Assembly (NCBI GenBank): GCA_905201895.1
Contig: CAJKPX010000007.1
Span: 3,240-67,239, forward strand
Source: an uncultured Eubacteriales bacterium
GTDB lineage: Bacteria > Bacillota > Clostridia > Oscillospirales > CAG-272
Reading direction: 5' to 3'
DNA: 64,000 bases
Positions within the stretch are counted from its first letter, which is position 1, and every line of letters begins with the position of its first letter. The notes under the pieces are model-generated. The model was given only the letters and a program-made list of their open reading frames with translations, made no database searches and was not told where the DNA came from. Positions 18,391 through 27,200 of the stretch are shown here, piece after piece. The translations under genes were made by a program, and so were the position numbers.

Positions 18391-19434
18391 TTACGCGAGA
18401 GCGGTAGCGTTGGTTACGGCAGATGCGGAGTTGACGGCGCGGAGGATGTGCTTCCAAGTGGTGAAGCCAAGACCCATGCGGCAGTAGCCGTTCCAGAAGA
18501 AGTTTCTGGTGTGGGGATCGATGCCGTTGGTGATGTCGAGCTTCACGCGGTTGAAGAACATATTGCCGAGCAGATTCTCGTTTGCCTCGGAGGACATGAC
18601 CATGATCTCGTCACCTTCTGCTTCCCAGCCGTCAAGGACAACGAGAGTCCAATTGCCGTACTGCGTGTTGATGTCGTTGTAGTCGGAGCCGGTGGTTCTC
18701 TCGGTGCCAACGATCTTCTTTGCCATCATCTCAAGCTCGGGGCGGTTGCAGGGGATGATCAGGGTGTCTGCGGTGTAGCCCATCGTCTCGCCGTTCTCAT
18801 CCTTGAAGTTGCGGAGCTTGTTTGCGAGCACTGCAAGGGTCTTCTCAAAGGTTGCGGCATCTTTGGTGAATTCACCGTAGAAGTAGTTGGTCTGGGTCTT
18901 GCCCTTCATCTTGTCGGTGGAGTAGGTGTGACCGTTGTGGAACAGAGGCTTGCCGTCACCGGTGGTAAGGTCAACGGTTGCCTTGTTGAACACGAAGGAA
19001 GCCTTGGTCGCGTTGATGAGAGACTGCGCGCCAAACTTCACGCGGGTCTTGTAGTATGCGCGAACAAACTTCTTGGGCTTGTTCTTCATGTTGGTGCCCA
19101 TGCCGAATTTCGCATCGTCAGCCATCTTGCGAGTGATGGTGAATTCCTTTGCGAATTCGATGTGGGAGATCGTCTTGTCATAGGTCTTCTCAACGGAATC
19201 GTTCTCCGCCTCCTGACCCTCTTCCTTTGCCATGAAGGTGTCGAAATCGCTCTCGCCCATGATGGTCTCGGCGTATCTGTTCGACTTCTCGATGTTGTAG
19301 AGCACGTCAAGGCTGGTCTTGTTCTTCTCGCAGAGATTGGACTCGTTCTCGATCAGAGCCTTGATGGGATGCTCAAATTTTCCGAACATCGGGTCATTCT
19401 TGCCCGACATTGCACTGTAGGTAAAGTTTGCCAT
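18391..19434 (-). CDS. Major capsid protein (HK97-fold type)
   Basis: 347-aa ORF preceded by scaffold and decoration-like genes. Size, position and sequence character are typical of phage major capsid proteins. Confidence 0.7.
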   Translation of the reverse strand: MANFTYSAMSGKNDPMFGKFEHPIKALIENESNLCEKNKTSLDVLYNIEKSNRYAETIMGESDFDTFMAKEEGQEAENDSVEKTYDKTISHIEFAKEFTITRKMADDAKFGMGTNMKNKPKKFVRAYYKTRVKFGAQSLINATKASFVFNKATVDLTTGDGKPLFHNGHTYSTDKMKGKTQTNYFYGEFTKDAATFEKTLAVLANKLRNFKDENGETMGYTADTLIIPCNRPELEMMAKKIVGTERTTGSDYNDINTQYGNWTLVVLDGWEAEGDEIMVMSSEANENLLGNMFFNRVKLDITNGIDPHTRNFFWNGYCRMGLGFTTWKHILRAVNSASAVTNATALA

Positions 19435-19449
19435 TTTTGTGTGTCCTCC

Positions 19450-19848
19450 TTAAATTCTTACGACAATGGTATCTCCAGCTTTGGTTGCACCGTTCACGGA
19501 TTCAACGGTTACCACGCCGTCGGTGGTGGTAGCGGTTACCTGCAGACCATCGGTGTGGATGGTCACCTTCGCGCCGGGCACGAGAGAAGTGGGAGCGGCG
19601 GTTACGGGAACCTCATATACCTGATTGGGCTCTACGCGGCAAGCGGCGATCTTTCTGCTTGCGGCAGAAGCCGAAATCTGACCCATAGCAATGTGGGTGG
19701 GCTTTGCGGTAGCACCGCACTTGGTGAGCTTGCCAGCCCCGTTGAGAACGAGTGCCTCACCTACGGAAATAGCCTCCGCAGCGGCTTCGTAGAAAACGGG
19801 AGAGGGAACGTTCTCTCTGCCGTTCTCAATTCTGATGAGCTTAAACAT
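19450..19848 (-). CDS. DUF2190-like head decoration/cement protein
   Basis: 132-aa beta-rich ORF between the scaffold and capsid genes, the usual location of DUF2190 proteins. Confidence 0.45.
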   Translation of the reverse strand: MFKLIRIENGRENVPSPVFYEAAAEAISVGEALVLNGAGKLTKCGATAKPTHIAMGQISASAASRKIAACRVEPNQVYEVPVTAAPTSLVPGAKVTIHTDGLQVTATTTDGVVTVESVNGATKAGDTIVVRI

Positions 19849-19863
19849 TTTTGAATTCTCCTA

Positions 19864-20745
19864 TCATACAGTATTTTTGTACAAGGAAATGATCTCCTTG
19901 TCGGATTTTCCTGGGAAGAGCTCTCTCCACGCCTTCAGATCCGCTCTCGTCATAGGAACGGAGCTATCCTTTGCCCCCTTGGGAACAGATGTCTGGAGAT
20001 GGCTCTTCGACTCGTGGAGCGACTGCTTTTTGACGGCGGTCGCAATTTCGGTTCGGATTCCATCGGGATTTGCGGCGGCATAAGCCTGCTTTGCGGAAAG
20101 ACCCATGTCTCGGAGTCTTCCGAATTCGCGCTTGATCGCTTGAGGCAAATCACGAATGTCGGTGTATTTTTGGGTTTCGGGGTATGCCGCATGGAGTTCT
20201 GCAAGATCGGCTTTTGCCATCTTTTCAAATTCCTGCCTCTGCAGCAATGCACGCGCCTGCGCATCCCGCTCTGCGGCGGCTTTCTTCTCAAGATATTCTT
20301 TGGTAGTTACGCCTTCCGCTTCTGCGGCAAGAGAAGCAAGTCCCTCCATCACGTCATCGGTTTTTACGCCAAGCTTTGCAAGGGTGTCCTTGCTCTGCGA
20401 ACGAAGTCGGTTGAGTTCGGCGCGAAGCTTGATCACCTCTTCGTTAGGCTTTGCTTCGGGCACCTTTGGCTCTTCCTTCTTCGGTTCTTCTTTGGGAGGT
20501 GTTTCTTCAGCCTTCTCCGATTCCTCGGAGCCTTCATCCGTATCCTCTACGGTCTCGTCGTCAACATCATCTTCATCGAATACTACATCGGGGATGATAA
20601 TGTTTCCGTCTTCATCATACTCAAATTCATCGTCCCTTTCGGGCTCGTTGTCGACCTCTTCGGGTTCCTCCTCATCGGTGGGGTCGATGTCGGTGTCGAT
20701 GTCTTCGTCTTCCTCGTTGAGTGTGATTTCGTCTTTTTCGTTCAT
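19864..20745 (-). CDS. Capsid scaffolding protein
   Basis: 293-aa ORF. Extremely acidic N-terminal third (EEDEDIDTDIDPTDEEEPEE), helical/coiled-coil remainder. Immediately upstream of the capsid module. Confidence 0.6.
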   Translation of the reverse strand: MNEKDEITLNEEDEDIDTDIDPTDEEEPEEVDNEPERDDEFEYDEDGNIIIPDVVFDEDDVDDETVEDTDEGSEESEKAEETPPKEEPKKEEPKVPEAKPNEEVIKLRAELNRLRSQSKDTLAKLGVKTDDVMEGLASLAAEAEGVTTKEYLEKKAAAERDAQARALLQRQEFEKMAKADLAELHAAYPETQKYTDIRDLPQAIKREFGRLRDMGLSAKQAYAAANPDGIRTEIATAVKKQSLHESKSHLQTSVPKGAKDSSVPMTRADLKAWRELFPGKSDKEIISLYKNTV

Positions 20746-20773
20746 GATCTTAATCTCCTTGTTGTGATCTTAA

Positions 20774-20905
20774 TTACTTGGATTTCTTGGTGCCGTCGCG
20801 AAGATCGCTCCCCTTTACAACGGTTGCTTTGGGATCGTTGCTCACGGGTCTCGGTGCTTTGATTACGCCGCCCTGATTGGTGGCAAATCTGTTGTCCTTT
20901 TTCAT
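20774..20905 (-). CDS. Small basic peptide (43 aa)
   Basis: MKKDNRFATNQGG... preceded by AAAGGAGGTAAAG. The longer 69-aa frame in the ORF track lacks an RBS. Confidence 0.4.
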   Translation of the reverse strand: MKKDNRFATNQGGVIKAPRPVSNDPKATVVKGSDLRDGTKKSK

Positions 20906-21006
20906 GACTTTACCTCCTTTGCAATATTTTGAAATGAAAAGAGCCACAACAACCGAGATTTCCTCGGAAATTGTGGCTCTCATCTCAATGGATTTTGGCG
21001 CGTTTG

Positions 21007-21171
21007 TTATTTAGTTTCTATCGTCCAAAATTTGCCGCATCTCTTGCAACGGAATGCCATACCGAAAATGTGGCTTCCGTGCATGAGCCCGACGTTCTTC
21101 AGACGCTCCCCACAGTTGGGGCAGGTGATCTTTGTCACCTCGCAAGCATTGGTTTCTTTGATTGTAAGCAT
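21007..21171 (-). CDS. Zinc-ribbon mini-protein (54 aa)
   Basis: Not in the ORF track (<60 aa). MLTIKETNACEVTKITCPNCGERL...FRCKRCGKFWTIETK has CxxC...CxxC and is preceded by AGGAGGGGTGGACT. Confidence 0.5.
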   Translation of the reverse strand: MLTIKETNACEVTKITCPNCGERLKNVGLMHGSHIFGMAFRCKRCGKFWTIETK

Positions 21172-21227
21172 AGTCCACCCCTCCTAATGCGAATAATAGC
21201 ACAAATTCATACGTTTTTAGTCGCAAT

Positions 21228-24200
21228 TTATGCCGTTTTCGCATGAAAGGTGTTCAAAATCGCCCCATTTTTGGTCTCAAAACCGCAAATCGATGCAATT
21301 TCTGCTCTTTCTTCCTTCGAAGCACCCTTGAGAGTAAGGATGTATCGAAGCAGGGACTTCTTTGCGCTTTCCGCATCCATCCCGACCACATCCCCATCGG
21401 CTGGAGAATAGCCCATAGAGGCGATGAGAAGGAGCTTTTGGTTTCTGCTCAAGCCAAGCTTGTTGATGTACGATACAACCTTCTTGCGCTTGCTTCCGGC
21501 AATGGTGTTGCCCTTCCGATCCTTATCGCTTGTAATTCCCCTCGTTCCGAAATAGAACGAATAGAGTGAATCGTAGTCAACGCCGCCCTTGTTCAGATAT
21601 TGCATCTTCTCATAGACGTCCTTGTTGTACTGCTCAAGCGATGCTTGCGCTCCGTATACGAGTCTGTATGCTTCGGCAAATCGGATATCCTCCTCCTCGA
21701 TAGATGAGGTTGCCTCGATTGCTTTTGTCATGAGCTCATAATCGTCGATCGCGGTTTCGTATGCTTTGTTGATCAACACTTGAATCACGCGAGTCTGCTC
21801 AAGCTTTTCTGCCCTCGACAGTTCGGAGTTGTTTTGAGTCTTGCTCTTCTCCTTGTACATATTGCTGATAGCCTTTTTCACACGGTTGAGGTATCGCACT
21901 TGGTACTTGGCGGTATCATCGCCAGCCGTATCCGCATACTGTGCCTCATCGTAAATGTCATAGAAGCGCGTTGAGAGCTTGTTCGACATAACGGGATCAA
22001 GTGTGAAGTTGCCGGTGAAGAAATCCTTCTCCTCCTTCGGCGTGGTAGCAGGGAGAATGAAATCTCCGATGACACCCGAATACTGATCGAGAAGATAGTG
22101 AATCTTCTTGGGAGATGCTTCAAGACCTACAAAATCATGTGCCTTTGCAATCGCAATGGCAATCACACTCGTGTTCTCATCAAAGCGATCCTTCGGAGCT
22201 ACGTTCTCAAACTGCCGCCCCTCGATTGCAGTGCCGTACCACGTGGTGTTGGTTGCAACGTCGAAAAACGGAGAGAGTATGGTGCGAGTCATACTGTCAA
22301 CGGGGGATACCTGCTGAAGCACGTTGTCGGCGTAATCCTTCCAATCAACCACCTCACCCTGCGCCGCTTCAACACTTCTGTTTACCAAGCCGCCAAGTGC
22401 GCTTGCAACGCGACCTCTCGGAATCTTGATAAAGGTGTCTCCCGCTTTGATGAGGAAGTTGTTTTCCTTGTCACTGTCTCGGAGCTTCTTATAGTCCTCG
22501 TCATCCCCGTTCATGATCATGTTAAGCACCATAGGAGCGATTCCAACGATAGTAGCCTTGAGCGCAAGGATCGCCGCCTCCTTCACAGTTCTGACCGCCG
22601 TCACGTTTCTCACCATCTTGCTAAATCCCTGAATGGAAGGATTGAGGAACGGCATCACGGTGCGGTTGAGCGCCTTTGCAAGCTTTCCTCCTCTTGCAAA
22701 GTTTGTGGTAACGTCAGCGGAGTCAAGGATTGCTTGCTCCACACTGTTGCCAGCCTCGATAGAGGAGATGAATTCTGCAAGTCGCGGCAATTGTTCAACG
22801 AAGGAGTTCGCGTTTTCAATCGTGGTCATGGTCTTCTTGACGATGTTGCCCTCTGCCTTTGTCAGACCCCAGCTATTCTGCGACCCATCCGTGCCCTTTT
22901 CAAAGTCGAACACAGTGCTCGCAAAGCCTCCGTAGGCTCTGTAGAGCTGCCAATACTTTCCGTTGGTGGCGATCTCCTTCTGCGCAATTGCATAATTCTT
23001 CAAGAAGGTCTTTCCGAATCTTGTATTGATTCCGGCATCTTGGATATCTCTGATCGTGTTTCTCAACAAGAATGCAGGGTTCAAGGATGTTACACCGCGC
23101 TTAAACAATTTGTTGCTTGCGCTTACCAAATCTATCAGAGGATTACCGATATCGGTCTTCGGAGAGAATGCATCAAAGCCCGCAAAGATCTCCTTGCTGA
23201 CTCTGATCGTTATGCGCTCTCCGTCCTTGAAGAAAGTGATCTCGTTGTCCTTCGGTCTGTGCTCGGTCGGATCATATGCCGCCGCTTCTTCGGGTGTCAT
23301 CTTCTTGCGGGATACCACCTCAATGTGGGTAGTGTCTCCCTTTTCAACCGATGCATCGTAGAGCGCGTTGGCAAGCTGGTTGACTCGTCCTGCAACAATT
23401 GTCTCCATCACCTGCCGAGCAATGATCTTGTCGGGGTTCTGAAGCCTCTTTGTGCTTCCTTTTGCAGTTTTGACCGTTGTCTTGACCGCCATGTTGTACT
23501 TGCCCTCGGTCGCTCCGATGCCCTTCTTGGTGTCTACGCGGTAGGTCGGTACATAATGCGGATAGAGCTCTGCAAGATAATCAAAGTTATCTTTCGAGAG
23601 AAGCCCCGTGTCAACGCGATACTGATTGAGATTCTTGAGGAATCCCCAAAGCTTCTCCGCTTGCTCTGCGAATTCGGGGTGATCCTTCTCATACCGAGCA
23701 ACGAGCTCCTCGCTTTCCTCTGCCGTAACGGGCGTTGCATCCTCTCCGGGCGTGGTGGGGATAATGTGTCCGTCCTCATCTTTTGTCCAACCAATCACGG
23801 GCTTGTCCTCAAGCGGCATAAATTCCTTGATCTTCTTGTCCAATTCCTTTGCGCGCTTGTTGACCTCTTTCGCTTCCGCCTTCAGCTTCTTGACTCGCTC
23901 ACGAAGACCTTTTTTGATCTCCATATCGTGTCTCGTTCTGCCGAGCGCGGCAATCTGCTTCTCAAGCGCATCAATCTCCTTCTTGAGAGCATTGATCTTG
24001 GCAACGTCCTTCTTGAGATTATCAATGTCCGCTTGATGCCACTCCATCGACCGCTTCTTGAGAGTCATGCGGCTGAGATTGTGCTTGTGGAAGAGATATC
24101 CGAAGAAGTCTGCGGTAACCTTCTCTCCCTGCTTGGTGATGGGATTCATAATCGGAATCAAGCCCTCTCCCTGCACGAGCGTATCCATATTGTCCTTGTC

Positions 24201-27200
24201 TGCGCTGACACCGATGCGCATCTGCTGACCGCCGATCATCTCGTTTGCCTCGGTTCTCGCGGCTCTCACGGCTTGCACCTTCGACTCGATATCCTTGATG
24301 CCGAGTTGCTTGCCAATCACCTCAATGCCAGCCTGCTCGTTGGTGACGGCAATTTGGAATTGAGTCCACAGAGAGAACGCCTTGTCGCGCTTGCTCGGCT
24401 TGTAGCTCTCCTCCTCCATCGAGATCGAGGCGCGAGTTGCTTCGATCGCTTCGTCGATGTCGATGGCGTAGCGGATGTCTCCGGAAAGTGTGCCTTTGGT
24501 GCGCTCTACGCCGAGTTTTTTTGCCACATCCTCAGAAAATACCTCGTTAGAAAGCGGAATACTCTTGACATATTCGAGAAAATCTGCTATACTAACTATA
24601 GGAGACTCTGAGGAGATGAGAGAGCTTTGCTCTGTAACAGCCGTGCCGCCAAGAGCGGATGTAGGAGTCTCTGTTTTTTTGCCCTTAACCGCACTAAGCT
24701 GGTACACATCAATTTCTGTTACATTGTTTTCGAGCTTGGAGACGACGGAGCGAACCACATAAAGGTTCTCGCTGTCGCGGCAAGCTCCGAGAAGCACATA
24801 GGACATTTCTGCCTTCCGTGTTGCGCTACCGTTAAGCTCGTTCACAGCGACGCTGTTTTTCAGCACATCGCCAATTTTCATAACCGCAAAAGCTGTCTCT
24901 TGGCTTCTTGCGATGCCGTGTGTCATACCATTTTTGCTCAATAAGACATCCAGACCGATATCATCGACGCGCACATAGGTGCTTGTCTCGGTGTTATTCG
25001 GGTTTTTTTGTTTTCTGGCGTTGAGCCTGCCGCGAGCTACGACGGCGTTTGTGTCGACCTTGCCATTTTCCGTCATGGGAAGCTCTGTAGGGAAGGTTAC
25101 CACCGACAAATCTCTCTTTTTGGTCAGAGACTCATAGGAATAAGCGTCTGCACTCGGAGCGTAACCGGTATTATGGGACACCGGCTCAAAGTCAATAGCT
25201 TTCCGCACAGATTTGCTATTTCCTTGATCGAGGATCTCGGAAACCACCTCTTGCCGCTTCTGTCGGATTACCTTCTCAAGCTCGGCGTTGCTCATTCCCT
25301 CTGCGGCAAGCTTGGCATATTTCTGCCGCTCGCCATCGTTGGCAAACTGCTGGAGGAGCTCGGTTCTGCGGAGCTTCTCGGAATCCTTGAAGAATTCCAC
25401 CGCCTCGTCGAATTTGTAATTCTTGAGTGAGAGCCGCTCGGCAGGGGATGCCTTGCCGTCTGGGGTGAAGAGATTGTAGTCTACAAGACACTTGTAGTAG
25501 CCGTAGGGGATGCGGTAGCCGCCATGCTCAAACGAGATGTCATCGATCGTTGCATCCTCTGTGAGATATCCAAGCTCCTTGCCGTATCTCAAGATGTTCT
25601 TGAGCACAGAGGCGTTGTTCTCCACATACTCTCGGAATTTCGGCTTGTACCCAGCCTTCTTGCACTCGTCGATGTATGCCGTGAGGTTCTTCTTGATGAG
25701 ATCCTTTTGAGAGAGGTTTTCGGTGTTCTCAAAATCCCAGAAGGAGTAGATGTCAATCGGCTTCTTCACCTTCGTGTTTGCCTTGTGTCCGTCTGCGGTA
25801 TCCGCGTACACCTCGCTCTGCTGGCGCGTATGATCCTTGATGTCGGCATAGCCGAGGATCTCTCGACCACCCTCGCGCACGATCGTCTCGCGCACGGTGC
25901 CCATCTTCACGCCGCTCTTGTGGAATGGAATGAAGTATGCAACGTCATCGTTTGCCATGACCCACGCCGCCATCTTCTCGTTCTGCGACACGGCGATGAT
26001 ACCGGTGTTGCCGCTCTTGTCGGAGTCTACCACCTTGTAGATCTCCTCAAGGCTCATCGGGAAGGAATCGTTTCTGTCGATCTTCCACACTCCCTCATCG
26101 TTGTACATGAAGATGGAGATATTGCGCTTGAGGTTGGTATTCTTGGTTGCCTCAAGGAATGCCGGCACCTTTGTGTAGGCGTGACCGGTGAGACCAAGTG
26201 TGCCCGCCTCAAAAAGCACCTGAAGAACGTCGACGAAGTTTTGAATCTGAAAATCCGAATAGGATTGCAGACGGAAGCCTCCCGTGGATGCAATCTTCTT
26301 CACGAGGCTTTTGTTGATGGTTCCGTCATCCTTCGTGAGCAATGCGGTGAGCTCTCCAAATCGGAACGGAGTCGCTCCTCTCGGCATCTTCGGCTTGCTC
26401 TGCCCATAGAATGAGTTGAAAGCCTCATATACCAACGGCATCTGAATCTTGAGCGTTGCAAGACCATCCTCCGTTGAGAGCATATCGATCGTGATGCTTT
26501 CGGGAGACACCTCATACTCCGCAAGGGCATCTCGCACGAATTTGCGAGTCTCGGAGTTATTGGATTTCAGTTGCCCCTTCTTTTTGCCGCTCTGCTCATA
26601 AAGTTGAGGATTGCTTGTGTTGCTTTCGTTCGACTCCGTAATGAGTGTTCGGAACGCCTCTGCCATCGGTGCGAGATTCTTTCGCATCGACTCCACGTAG
26701 CATTCGCGGCAGGGCTGTGTCAAGCCCTTGTCGGCAAGCACCTTGTGGATGTAGAAGTAGTTATCCACGTTCTTGAAGAATCGCTTGCTTTCGGGGACAC
26801 CTCTGCGCTCCTCTTCACGAACGATATCATCATAGATTTCGGCAAAGTTTTTGCGCTTGTCGCATATGGTGGAAATATCGCTTGATGTGAAATAATCCGA
26901 GTTGGGCTCAAGGGAAGAGAACAAAGCGCGCTTTTTGCTATCCTTGCGCACCTCTCCGTTCTCGCGCCATGTAGGATCATCAATGATATCGTATCCCGCT
27001 TCCTTCATTGCAACGGCAACGTCAACAATGCCCTGAATGGAGTCCTCGATCTCTTTGCGAGCATCCTGCTCGTTGAAATCGGGAATGCTCTGTCGCATAT
27101 TATCCAAGCACTCTTGAACATAGTTGCGGTAGCCCTCGGTCTCGCGGTAGTCAATGCTCTTGAATTCCTCGACCGAAATCTCCTCCGCGCCCTTTCCCTC

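Noticed and set aside
18391-19434. The HK97-fold shell gene plus the ferritin-like small protein could be an encapsulin nanocompartment rather than a phage.
   Set aside because: - The shell gene sits in a full packaging/morphogenesis operon (terS, terL, portal, scaffold) inside an att-bounded element with an integrase.
- The ferritin-like gene is 9 kb away in a separate transcription unit.
21011-21244. 77-aa minus-strand ORF from the ORF track, between the giant gene and the scaffold region.
   Set aside because: - It overlaps the 3' end of the 2883-aa gene and has no RBS.
- A different frame in the same interval (21007-21171) has a strong AGGAGG RBS and a clean CxxC...CxxC zinc-ribbon product. 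I preferred that frame.
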